From Takakia lepidozioides (lineage: Eukaryota > Plantae > Bryophyta), in contig CM060733.1 of the NCBI GenBank assembly GCA_030704615.1, forward strand, positions 21,824,001 through 21,888,000: DNA of 64,000 bases, read 5' to 3'. The notes beneath the pieces were generated by a model that saw only the letters and a list, made by a program, of their open reading frames with translations, was not told the DNA's origin and ran no database searches. Position numbers and translations under genes: made by a program. Below, piece by piece: positions 25,021 to 36,995 of the stretch; the stretch's first letter is position 1, and every line of letters begins with the position of its first letter.

Positions 25021-27820
25021 ATTGACAAACAGAAATCAAACTTCTCTTACTACACTCTTCTCTTCATGTAGGGATGCAAATCCAAAACCTGGTGACGAAC
25101 TCAGGGATTCATCCATCGATCTTCTATCATCCATCCAGCTCAATACATTCATCGCCCGACCCAGCCCGTGGGCGCAGTGACGCACGCGGGTGGTGCGCTC
25201 AATTATCGCCGGCGGTTGCTGTCGGCGCAAATGGCGGTAAAAAGGAACGGAAAGGAGATCCCGGCGACGCTCACAACGCGACGGCCGGAATAGTGCGCGG
25301 CTATAGGGTGCGGCGGTGGTTGTCGGGCCGTCGGGGGCATCCGACACGGGCTGTCGTGGCTGCGACAGCGCCGCCGAATGACCGGGCCCCTACATGCACG
25401 GCTATAGGGGATACCCACTCGGGCGCTTTGTCGGTGGGCCGGAGTTTCGCCCGGCGGCTAAACCGCGAGGGCGGGGTGGCGAAACCCCTGTGCGTGCAAT
25501 GCGTTGCGTGGCTTTTGGGAGGCGTGATTGCTCGAAGTGGCATGTCGCTTGGTGCCTCTCGCAACGCATGTTCTTGTTTCATTGCGCTCTCATAGTATTT
25601 GTCTTTTCCGAGAAATGCACGTGTCGGAGTGGATGTATGTAGTGCTTATTTTCATCCATAATGAATCGGCTTGTCTTGTCGGACACTTTTCCACCCATTT
25701 GTCTTTTGTCATAGTTTTTTTTTCATTTTTCGAAAGTAGCCCGAGCGACCACATGTGGAGTGACGGCACCTCTAGACAGGTCGCTATATGACAGGTGGCA
25801 AGTTTTAACAAGTCCACAATGGCAGTTAGTCATATGGATGTTTTCGCGACAACCTCTCGTTCATCCTCCTGTTTTGGCAAAAACCTAAAAGGAATAAAAA
25901 ACCTTTCATATTCCTTCAGTGAGGTAGGAGCCCCCCAAAAACACGGCGAGAATTTGCCAAGACAAAAAACGCATTAGCCAAACAGCATGAACCCACCATC
26001 ACCGAAAAACAAAAGGCCCCAGTGTACCCGAATTGTCACATTATTCAGGTGTGTTTTGGTCAAAAGCGAGCGAATCTAGTTTGTATTTGCAATATAGATT
26101 GTCTTGCGGACATGAGAGGGGGTGAGAAGTAGCCGTTTCGTTGGCATAGTAGTCATCCAGCCGCCATCCGCTCATCGGGAAAGTCTCCGTATAGGATTTT
26201 TGGCTCACTCCGCAGCCTGGTTTCCTTCAATGCATTGAGAATGATTTGCACTAGAAACAAGGGAATCTCTCCGGCCGACAGTGTTGGTGGCAAAATGGAA
26301 TGATCGAGGTGGGGGTGCGCAACTTTTGAATGGAGGTGCGAGGCCACAACCCACTTTTTGCGTGTATGATATGAGAGCATATAACTTTTGAATGCGGATC
26401 TAGGCTCTCACCTAATCCGAACCCGCAAAATGGCGTCACAAAGTAAAGGGCCCCTTCACTTGGCCGTCCATTGGGCACAAGTGTGGTTACCTGCAATTCT
26501 AGCTATGCACCCTTTTGACCTGCTTCAGATTCCTTTCTTAGATCCTTTGTTTTGGGGAAAAAATATGGAATATTTATTTATTTATATGCTTGCATATTTG
26601 TGTCCCACAGCAATGATAGGCAGGGATGCAGGCCTTAGAACCACCCAAAAACAAAAAAACAAAACAAAAGGGTAGTACAAGTGATATTATTGAAATGAGA
26701 ATCGTAGGGTCACTTGTGCTCCATTGCTTTCTATGAATGTGCTCATGTGCCATAAAGGTTGTGGCAGCCTTCAAAAAGGAGCCTTTATAAAACCCCAAGT
26801 GCCCATACCCTGCCTTTTACTCTGCTGTAACTCTCTGTGCTTTGCTCTGATGAAGGGGGCGGTGAAAGACAAATTGTAGCCCTGAATACCAGCTTTGCAA
26901 CGACCTCTAGCACCACCGTTGCAGACCCAGACTTGGTTTGTTATGAAATTTAGAAGAAATTCAAAGCAGGTCTTTTGGGTGCCTTTGGCTGCTGCCCAAA
27001 TCTGCATACGTGGCCCCAAACTGTTAGCAGCCCCGCACTGGCTGTTGGTGTCGGTCGTAGGCAGGGGGTGGATGACGTGGCCCCCCAATCCCACGGGGAC
27101 CCCCTCCAAAAATCTGGCTATGAAACGGCTCAAGTAATTGGATGTGTTTGCCAGCCTCGGAAGGGATTTTCCATCCAAGAAATCCGTCACCTCAAAAATA
27201 AAGCCTAGGTGAAACATAAGGTATTTGATTTTCAAGGTCCTGAAGATGAATGAGCATCAATATCTCATCCATATAGGATGAAATTCGATGAGTAGGGGCT
27301 ATTCCCCCATCCTGGTTGGAGCCTTCGCAGCGCCCCCACACGTGTCACCCCCAAAAAGTGTCACCCCCAAAAAGTACTCACTTTGAGTAGGAGGTCCCTT
27401 TACAAAACAAATTTAAAAAGAAGTAGGAGGTAAGGCAGAAATTTTTGCATAAATACTACCACTAACCGTAAGGAAACATGCGTTTATGTAGTGCCCAATT
27501 TATGGCATAATGTCGTTGGTCTACAAAACCAAGGATCAAACGATTAAACCACCATTGTCTGTTACAACTTAGGGGGTCCCAGTGGGCAGAATGCCTTTAC
27601 CATTGCTTGGGGGGGTGTTTTGGGAGTGCCCATGGAACCCGGCCCTAAGAGCATCTCCAACGGTGGCCTGTAAATAGCCCCGCTATTGTGGGCTGTGACG
27701 GTCCACTTGACGGGTCGATTGTAATAAACAACGGCCAACTCCGAACTTGACCCACCCGTTCCCGCTAAACTGGAGCCTGCATAGAGCTGGTGCTCGTTGG
27801 TGCAAAGAGTCGTGCCCTTG

Positions 27821-28425
27821 ATGGAGATGCAGCGATGGTGGCAGCAGCTTCAAGCAACCTTGCAGTCAGAACTCGAAGACAACGATTGCGAGGAGACGTT
27901 CGGCAACATTTTGGTAAATGAACTTGGACAGACTTCTTCAAGTCCTCCAAAAAAGAGACGGTGTGGATCTAGAGCAAGGCGTAGTGCAAATATGCAGAGA
28001 GAGAGAGAGGTTGGTCATGACAGAATTTTTCGAGATTATTTCAATGCTTCACCAATCTACGATGATGAAATGTTTCGACGACGCTATAGGATGAGGCGAA
28101 GCTTGTTTCTACGAATATTGGAGAGAGTTTGTGCCCATGATTCATATTTTGTGCAGAAAAGAGATGTTACAGGGATTCTTGGTTTGTCATCGATTCAAAA
28201 ATGCATAGCTGCACTGAGGATGCTTGCATACGGAGTTGTAGCTGACGCAGCAGATGAGTACTGTCGGTTGGAAGAGAGCACAGCCATGGAACGATTTGTG
28301 AGAGCAATTAGAGGAATTTTCGAGGGGAATTATTTGAGGCAGTCAAACCTCTTGAAGCAGCTGAAAATTAAAGATGAGAGGGGATTTCCGGGGATGTTCG
28401 CGTCTATTGATTGTATGCATTATAG
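27821..28425 (+). pseudogene. Pong/Harbinger DDE transposase, N-terminal half only
   Basis: HDRIFRDYF...YDDEMFRRRYRMRRSLFLRIL...YFVQKRDVTGILGLSSIQKCIAALRMLAYG...DEYCRL...RGFPGMFASIDCMH. Truncated right after the first catalytic Asp (IDCMH). Confidence 0.88.
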
Positions 28426-29132
28426 CCTTCTTCAGAGTTACACCTGTCATGTCTACAATTGCCCTTGCTTGAGCCCTCATTGCACACTCCTTGAGCTTTT
28501 GCATTTTCTCAGACTCTTTTGCAGATTTTAAATCATGTGGCATATTTGGTGCAACGCTAGAGTTGAAATTCTCTGCATCTAGAATTTCCACCTCACCGGT
28601 GTCAAGGTCAGCAATAGCACTATAGGTTTTACGCTTCATGGATGGTGTTTTCTCGACCTCCTCCCGTGTATCAACCCAACGAGGCATATCCTTCAAAACC
28701 AGGTAGGAGTGTATGAAGGTGAAGCTCTGGCCTTTTGGGTGCTTCGACTTGTACAAATCAAGAGTTTTCTCTAAGGTGTCCTCAGCAGAATCTATTCTAG
28801 ATTCACACAAAGCGACAACAGCTTGGTAGTTAGTACCCACAAATTTTGCGACGTCGTGTTTGATAATCCCCCACTTGGATTCCAAAGACCTGACCGGTCT
28901 CTCTGCACCACTTGCAGGTCGATTGTTTGTAGTGCTCTTGTATCCTATCCAAGAATGTTGTGTTTTTCTGCCCATTCCCGGTCACTGGATCCCGAGAGAT
29001 GTGTAGAAAAGAGCAGAAAAATTGTCGTTCTTCCTCGGCCACAAAATTCTTCTCATTCTTCCCTCTCGGTGCCGCTGAACAGGTTTCTAGAGCTGCAGGT
29101 GACGCCATAGACTCTCCCGCCAAGTTGCCCAA
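28426..29132 (-). pseudogene. Harbinger ORF2 (Myb/SANT-like, NAM-associated-type DNA-binding protein), frameshifted
   Basis: RGKNEKNFVAEEERQFFCSFLHISRDPVTGNGQKNTTF, frameshift, then RPVRSLESKWGIIKHDVAKFVG...F.F.H.Y.VLKD.PRW. Confidence 0.8.
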
Positions 29133-29566
29133 ACGTCACCGATGGCACTTACAGGCCTTACGAGGCTCCTCTATCGTGCGCAAAAGTGGAGGGTGGAGCG
29201 ATGATTTTTGCCGACGCCTGCTTGACATATGTCGTGTGGAGTCACGGGTTGGGGTCGTTGAAAGGCACTGCCGAGCACCGGCACAGGAAGTTGCCGTTGG
29301 CGCGACACTTGGTGTACCCCGTGGAGATGCTCTAACTTCTACCATTTCTGGCCAAAAAGAAAAAGAGATCAACTGAGTTGGTTCAAAGCTCTTTTAGCTT
29401 TAGATTTGGGAGAAATTTTACATCGACGGTTCAGAACAGATCTAAGTTTTACCAACAATTGATTCTAAGCCGTACATTTTTTGTCTCTAATCAAATATAC
29501 GCTCTACAATTACTCTCACTAAGTTCAAATACATTTGAGATATAGTTCAAAGTATGTAAATTTTAT

Positions 29567-29690
29567 ATCAGCAGCTGGTAGCTCAAGTGGATAATGCACT
29601 TCTGTAACCCCAGTGCTTTGGGGCTCATCAGATCCTGCTACCATGTCCTGTGTGTTGTCTTGTGTGGGGATGGTGTCTCCTCTATGCTGC
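29567..29690 (+). mobile_element. tRNA-derived SINE, family A (diverged)
   Basis: gtagctcaagtggataatgcact...cagatcctgctacc is collinear with the other copies. Confidence 0.55.
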
Positions 29691-30481
29691 ATGGCTTGTA
29701 TGAAAGGGGGTAAAGGGTGACATCCAACAATAAACTTATGTGCTTTGAAAGGGCCATGTCGCTCCCAGGTTTCCTTCTTTATATATATTTTTCAATAAAA
29801 TGAAATAGTTGACATATTATTCTAGTTGGATATTCTCTTATAATGTTTAAAATCAAAATCTGTTAGTTTCTAGAGAACTATTTCTTAGAATTCGCTTAAG
29901 TATATAGCTGGAAAGAAACTTACTAGTTTCTGTAACATATTTTTCCCTCATGTTCCTATATTATTAAGTATTGAAATGTGGTGGGTTTTTCCCGCGCCTA
30001 CTGGCCTGTTTGCTTCATGGCCCCTCTCGGGGTTTTTTTTTTTCCCGGTTTATTAATAAAATGTTTGGGCTTCATCCCCTTTCCAATATATGGGTACATA
30101 TATGTAAAGACAATTTTAATCTTACAATCAAAATATTTTCTTATTAGTTGATTTTTATTGGTGAATAGGCTCTTTTCTCAAAAAAGGCCACAAAAAGTTT
30201 CCATCCGGGCCTCTATCCCCTGTTTCTCACAATACATTTTTTAAGCAGGCACTGAATGCTGAATGCTACCAAGTTTTGCTTTAAAAATTAAAACTAAAGT
30301 AAAGTAGAATCAGCCTCAAATTGCAATGGGCTCTCGTGCTTTCGCAAAACATAAGAGGAAGAGAAAACTAGGGAGCAGGACTCAGCACAACAATTGGAGC
30401 CTTGACACAGTGTAAGGTCCTTTGACCACATTTTCTTGGTCAACTTCAACAAGTCTCTAGGCTCTCTATACAAGAGAGCCA

Positions 30482-30665
30482 ATAAAATAAAGATAAAGAT
30501 AAAGTTTCTTTAACGTCCAGTGAATGTACAGAGTCTACTGCTCAACACACAGGCCATCGAGGGCCCAATGAACGGTTTGAACGAGCATGTTGAAGGATTG
30601 AACCCAGGAGCACCTAGGTTATGCACAGGCAAGGCACAAACACCCAACCACTGGGCGAGGTAGCA
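30482..30665 (-). mobile_element. tRNA-derived SINE, family C, with (CTTTAT)n tail
   Basis: Minus strand: A-box-like TCGCCCAGTGG, B-box GGTTCAATCC, 3' end CACTGGACGTTAAAGAAA(CTTTAT)n. The same 3' end recurs at ~56789-56836. Confidence 0.6.
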
Positions 30666-32207
30666 TTGTAAACTCTGTGGAATGGAGGGCCCACAGTTTG
30701 ACAAGAGGGGCCACCCACGCGACGCTGCCTTGCAACAAACGAAAGCAGCCAACCCTGGCGGCCTGCCCCTTAAATAGCCACCTGGACTTCTGACCCACCG
30801 GTCTCGCCAGTCATCAAGCTCCACGTGCTGCGTCTACGTCCACCCCTAGATTCCCAACATTAACCGGCTATTCCCGGTAGCCCGTGTCGTCTTTATGCAA
30901 TGTTTTTAGTTGATTTACTGGCTCGTTCTTTTTAGGGGGAGAAAAAAAGGGTATTATACTTGAACTCCAGTTTTGTGGAGTATGGTAAATGAAGCCTGTA
31001 AGAAAAACAAAAAAAAGAAGCCTGACCTTCCCAAACTGGGTAAATGAGTTGGGGTACATAGTTAGAGCTTTCAAAATCAACTCCAATCGTTTGGGGTGAG
31101 GGGGCAGTGTCCCCTTTCTCAGCCTCCACGGCGTGGCGTGGCATGCGAGGTTATTTTTTCCTCTTCATTTTATTTTCAGGTCCATCTCAGACCTTTAAAA
31201 GAAAAAAAAAGAAAAAAGAAAACTCCAATCGTGGACGTGGTGAAATTTCTCTTGTAGTCTGGTGTGAAAATCATTGAATCTAGGGACTAAAATTCATAAG
31301 CATACATCATTTAAACAAAATTCTTCACTTACTCTTCAAAACATTCTGCGCACCAATACAATGGAAAAGGGGCAGCCTTCAAAATGAACATCTTTTGCCA
31401 GTTACTATGAGCGCCCACCAAACATTCCATGTTAACTTTAATTTCTTATCAATAACTCCGGACTCAAGAGCACTTGTTGCCATGCCTGTTTTTTTCTTTA
31501 ACTTTTTCTTTTTCTTTGGCCTGTTGAATGATCCAACCCAATTATATCTTCTTCTTTTTAAATTTAAAGAAAGAGGGATAATAGCCTCAGAAGTATTTTT
31601 TCACTTTTGTGCTTTAATGTTTAAAGTGCTTTTGAACTCTACCATCCACAGTAGGGAAAAGTGGCTTATCCATGCAATTAAGGACGTTTTTATCTCCGTA
31701 TGATGAAGTTTTTAACGGATTTCATCCATTCAGAGTTCATTACAGAACTGGCGAGATAGGCTTTAAAATGATTGTAAGTAGATTGTATTTGGACAAGATA
31801 GTGAATTATACGTCTATGTGAAGGCGAGGGGTCCCAAATTAGGGCTCATGAGGTCCATAGTACATCTAAGCATCCATAACCATTGCAACCTTCTTGATAA
31901 CATTGGGTTTGATAGGTTACCTGAGCGTCATGGGTGTTGACTACTATGAAAGTGGTCCATGTGGTTACACAAGTGTAAATAATATTTTAAGGTAAACAAG
32001 CAATAGCTTTTCACTGGGACTCTCCACCTATAATGTATTGTGGATAAGTGATAGAGGATAAGTGTTATTTGTTAGGATTTTGCACTCTCTAAGATTTTAT
32101 CGAAAGGAAAATATTATGACTCATATGTTATGAAAAGTGTACTCTCTTCTTTGTTAAAATGTCCTTTTTTAAGTGTTGTTTTTAGGATTCTTCCAAATGT
32201 AATAACC

Positions 32208-32655
32208 AATGTTGGTATGGTATGTGGGTGAAGGACTGGTATAAAGTACTGGTATATGTTCATACCGGCCACAATACCAGTACTCCCCCGCCATCTTCCT
32301 CATTTACTCTGGTATGTGTACTATACTAATTTATGTGTACATATGCTTACATACTTGTACTTATGTATATTTAATTATTTATGTGTATTGTATTTGTTTT
32401 TACTTGATACTTGCTATTTGATAAACTTGTAATTGAAGATGGCTTTGGAATGATACCAGAATTGATATCTCGCGGTCATGACACTCACACTAGTATCTGG
32501 AAAAAAATACATCCACCATTATATAGACCAGACTGGTATGAAAGTTTTGTGATACGTCTAGTACCAGGACTAGTTTGGTATGTCCTAAACCTGACACCAG
32601 AACAACCGTGGTAATAACCACCACATTTTTTTGTGCAAACAATCCCACTATACCA
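32208..32655. repeat. Dispersed TGGTAT/ATACCA-rich repeat (MITE-like); related copies at ~42300-42513 and ~44700-44995 in opposite orientation
   Basis: Shared core ccatcttcctcatttactctgg and ggtgaaggactggtata, with multiple ATACCA/TGGTAT motifs. Confidence 0.55.
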
Positions 32656-32739
32656 ATGTACATCACGTGAATAAAGTTGCTTTAATGTGGAAATTTTACA
32701 ATCTCTATGCTATGCCTCGGATAAGTGATACATTGTTAA

Positions 32740-33572
32740 CCCCTAATGGACGAGGCAGTTTTTGGTGGGCCCCCTCCAAAACAGGACATACCCTCACGGA
32801 TGAGGGTATATCTCTTAGGAAACTAACATCCACAGGGATGAACCGTATGAATGGGAGGCTACCTACTTCATCCAGCTTCTGTGAAAATTTCAGCTCATTC
32901 CAGTGTGTCATTTGGAAGATTATAAGAAATTTGCAAGCCCAAAATTTGGGGTACACTCCAAATTTAGAGTGGAAAAATGGTTTGACCAGGAAATTGGTTC
33001 GACAAAATTTTTTTTCCTCGCAAGACCCCATCCAGATTCCAATTATGTGGCACCTAAAGCATTTTGTCCCAAAATGTCAAAACAGAATTCCAAAATCTTG
33101 ATAAGGTTGCTTTGTATGGAAAAACAGGGGGGTCAAAACACACCATGAAGCTCAAATGACATGTAATTCAGGCTTAGGGGGTCGAAATTTCCTTGGAATC
33201 ACAATTGCTACGGAAAGTGTTCCTTGAATGATGAACTACTACCTCCAAAAAGAAAGTCGGAATTCTAACAAAAATTCGGACAGAGATTTGCATTTGTTTC
33301 CATTTGTACTTTTGCCTTGTTGTCACCCCTTCAGCCTGCCACGTCGCTAAGTCAAAGCTGCTGGACGACCAATTTTGGGCACCCCTGCACACTAAAAAAA
33401 TACTGATGGCATGACTTTCATTATTTTAGGGTGCCATAAAGACGGGCACATGCATGGCATCAAGGCGCACAACTTTTGTTCAGAAAGTTTTTTCATCCAA
33501 GGTCATCCAACGATTTGCCATCGTGGATGATTTCTGACGCGACCCGAAATGGGTCGCCTCATCCATTAGGGG
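32740..33572. mobile_element. Non-autonomous TIR element with TTAA target duplication (piggyBac-like MITE)
   Basis: TTAA|CCCCTAATGGACGAGGC ... GCCTCATCCATTAGGGG|TTAA: 17-bp TIRs with 1 mismatch, TTAA at 32736-32739 and 33573-33576. No transposase. Confidence 0.75.
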
Positions 33573-33641
33573 TTAAGTGTTATAATTTGAAATCTTTCTC
33601 TCTCTATCTGATATCTTAGTATTATATTATTAGGTACTCTG

Positions 33642-33972
33642 TGTTGGAATTCGACAGAGTATAGAGATAAAAGATGAACTGATTACTGAGAACTCTCCAC
33701 CCAACCATAGGACCACAACAAGCTATGTGTCCACCCTCCGAGCTCTCCCTACTTATACTCAAAGTCTAATCCAGAAATAGCTGAGATAACTATAACATAA
33801 CTCCATGCTTTTACTTAAGTTATCTCCACCTGCTATTCTGGTACAATGACTTGAGTCACTAATAACTGAAGCTAATTAACCGAGGCTTATCAGCACTCCT
33901 ATTATGGAAGCCTGACTTGTCATCACAGTAACTCTAGGTAGTAGTAACTTGGTCAAGAGTTGATTTCCAACA
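33642..33972. mobile_element. Solo LTR (331 bp)
   Basis: TGTTGGAA...TTCCAACA termini with 5-bp TSD CTCTG on both sides (33637-33641, 33973-33977). Confidence 0.88.
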
Positions 33973-34904
33973 CTCTGGAGGAGTAACACTTATCCACAGT
34001 AACTATAATACCATTCAATATGTGCTTTATACAAACATGCTTGATTTAGGAAATCGTGCAAGGATAACTATGGGCCAAGCAAGAAGATACCTATAATTAA
34101 GAGAAGATGTCGGCCGGGTTGAGCGTAACTAAGAGCCACTTCACCTTATGTATATAACCTCTTAGGGGTGGGCCCTATAAAAAATGGAATATTTCATCAA
34201 TTCTATGTAACGAATGGTGCAAGCACATGTAGGGACGCGGGGGATTGTGCTTGGGGGATGTTTTTGTGAGAAGTGGAATATCTGGCATAAACATGAAGTT
34301 TGACAACTACACAGGAGAAGCAAGTGGGGGGTGGTATGGTCCCTAGGGTGGCCTTGGTATATCCTGATGTTTTTAGGGGAGAATCAGTAGGTTTCGTACT
34401 CGTTTCGTCCGAGTACGTCATGAGTAGCTTATGCAATGCGAAGACCATATATAATGGGGTGTGTGCAATGACTGAGGGAGGTGAGGCCAAGTGTCACGCG
34501 TTGGGACGATTCTTAGTACAGAAAGGACATAAAGGTGTAGGGTATACATGAGGCCAAAAGATATGTATGTACATTGCTTTCCCGCGTATTGGGCGTAGCA
34601 AAATCTTAGTGTCTCTCGAATTTGGGCGTCGGTAGTTATTCGGGAGGTCTAGAGGTGATTAGATAGTTTATGATCTATGTGGTCAGAACGAGTTTATTTT
34701 TGGATATGTACTTTAATATGGGCTAAAGACGTTTGGCTTATCTGTGGGCTTTTTTGTTGAGGTAGAAATATAGGGTGCAGATAAGATGGGAGTCAGTGTG
34801 GGTATGGCCATAAGAGGTAGCAAGAAGGGTTGGGTATGGGCAATGTACAAGTTCTGATGGGATCTATACGGAGGGGCCTTCGGCCCTCTTGAGCCAAAAG
34901 GTCC

Positions 34905-36168
34905 GCAATTCCCTTGATAGATTTGAAGATAGCGTCTCTTTGGTGCGAGAACCCCGGACAGTGTTTCAGAAAATGAGTACTGTCTTTAGGTTGCCCACAC
35001 AACGGGCAATTGCACTCTCCCGATCCTCTCTGCTTCTGTTTGCTTATCAAAGGAAGGCTTCCTGCCCCGAGTTTAAATTTCAGTCTAGTGCCGAGAGTGG
35101 GTAGACCCTTAAGGTCATCCAAGATCTCCTCCCCCATGTCATAGACTGTAAACAAGTTCAGGGAAGTTTTTTGCCTAACTTCATTTTCATCAGACAATCT
35201 TATGGCAACAGACATGGTTGGACACTACGGCCTCTAAGTCAGATTTATCCAACAGGGTGAAGACTTGCGGTTCCAGGTCCAGGTCCTTGAGAATCTCTTC
35301 TATTGTCTTCTGCCAGGACTTAGCTTGTTTGACAGGTCGGTGGGCGGTCCTGTTTCCAAGATAGCTACTGCTGCTCAGTCACCCCCCCCCCCCCCCCCCA
35401 CATTCTTTTTTTCCCTTTGTTGCCCCCTCTTTTGGGGAAACAAAAGGGACAGATCCTACTTCTGTCAGGGACTGACGTTGGTAGTAAGACTTACCTTCAC
35501 ATATAGAATTAATCCGGGTTTTCTAGATATCCTCTACAAATCCCTTCACACAAGCATCAATCTGTTGTGTGTGAGATGCCCAAAAACTAGGCCTCAGAAG
35601 GGGCTGGGCTTTTGGCTTAGCCTCGACTTTTTCAAAGTTAGTAAACAGAGGTACATGCACAATTCCCTTGATAGATTTGAAGAGAGCGTCTCTTTGGTGA
35701 GAGAACCCCGGACAGTGTATCAGAAAATGAGTATTGTCTTCAGATTGCCCACACCCAACGGGCAATTGCACTCTCCCTTTCCTCTCTGCTTCTGTTTGCT
35801 ATTCAAAGGTAGGCTTCCTGCCCTGAGTTTAAATTTCAGTCTAGTGCCGAGAGTGGGTAGACCCTTGAGGTCATCCAAGATGTCCTCCCTCATGTCACTG
35901 ACTGGAAACAAGTTCAGAGAAGTTTTTTGCCTAACTTCATTTTCATCAGACAATCTCATGGCAACAGACATGGTACAGCCTCTAAGTCAGATTTATCCAG
36001 GTCCTTGAGAATCTTTTCTATTGTCTTCTGCTAGGACTTAGCCTGTTTGACAGGTCGGTGGGCGGTCCTATTTCCAAGATATAGAGTCGATTAACTTAGG
36101 ATATCTGGTGTTGGACATATGCTGCAGCTGACCCCACCATCTGACCTTAAACTCATCTTGTCGGGAGC

Positions 36169-36170
<2 letters not shown>
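34905..36170 (-). mobile_element. Two tandemly duplicated non-LTR retrotransposon (LINE) ORF2 C-terminal fragments
   Basis: GTRLKFKL(R/G)AGSLPL...CNCPLCGQ..D.THFL.HCPGFSHQRDA, a CCHC domain following RT. ~34907-35362 and ~35661-36080 are near-identical. Confidence 0.7.

Positions 36171-36173
<3 letters not shown>

Positions 36174-36225
<52 letters not shown>
36174..36225. repeat. (GA)n microsatellite
   Basis: Direct reading. Confidence 0.95.
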
Positions 36226-36228
<3 letters not shown>

Positions 36229-36461
36229 CAGAGAGAGGGAGTAAGAGGGAGAGATCAGGAAACTAAAATAATAATAATAAAAGGTTGGGGGGGGGGGGGG
36301 AGTGATAAGCAAATGTTGCTCTGCAGCTGCAGCTGCTCGGTCACTCCCCCCCCCCCCACATTTTTTTTTTCTTTGTTGCCCCCTCTCTCCCTTTGTCTCC
36401 CTCTCTACTGGGAATTGGCAGTTTGCTATCAGTGTTGACTCCTTGTTTTCTCATCCTCTAT

Positions 36462-36995
36462 CAGGGTTTTTCATCCATACCGGATGAGCCACTAGGATGG
36501 ACACTGAATTACCTCTAGGATGGTTCTTTTGGCCTTTTCATTCCTCTTTTATTGACTCTCATCCATACCGGATGAATCACCATGGAAGAAAAGAATTACC
36601 TCTATGGAGGTTGCCAACAATATCATATTTTTCCATCCTTACCGGTTGAAAAACTACCAGGATGATAATTTTTCATTCCTCTTTTATTGACTTTTTTTAT
36701 CCATACCGGATGGTCTGGTGAGAAATGATAGAATTACCTAGATGGAGGTAAGACGCTGCCACGGATGATATTTCCTACTTTTTCATCCTGACACAAGTGA
36801 TCTATCTATGGATGATGTGATTATGGCCTGGAATTGATCTTTACTACCCCTAATTATGATTAATTACGGTGGAAACCCTAACCCCTACCCCAAAACCTAT
36901 TTTTAACCTTGTTGCGGATGAAATCCGTCAGGGTATACGGATGCGTCCTACTGTTTTTCATCCACGGATGAATAATCGGGGGACAAAAAACCCTA
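36462..36995. mobile_element. Possible hAT-like MITE with internal repeats
   Basis: Ends CAGGGTTTTT...AAAAACCCTA; internal repeats atccataccggatg (x3) and gaattacct (x3). No 8-bp TSD match. Confidence 0.35.

Larger units (their letters stand above)
27649..29332. mobile_element. PIF/Harbinger (Pong-like) DNA transposon, internally deleted
   Basis: TIRs GAGCATCTCCA...TGGAGATGCTC, TAA TSD at 27646-27648 and 29333-29335, two convergent ORF remnants. Confidence 0.93.
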
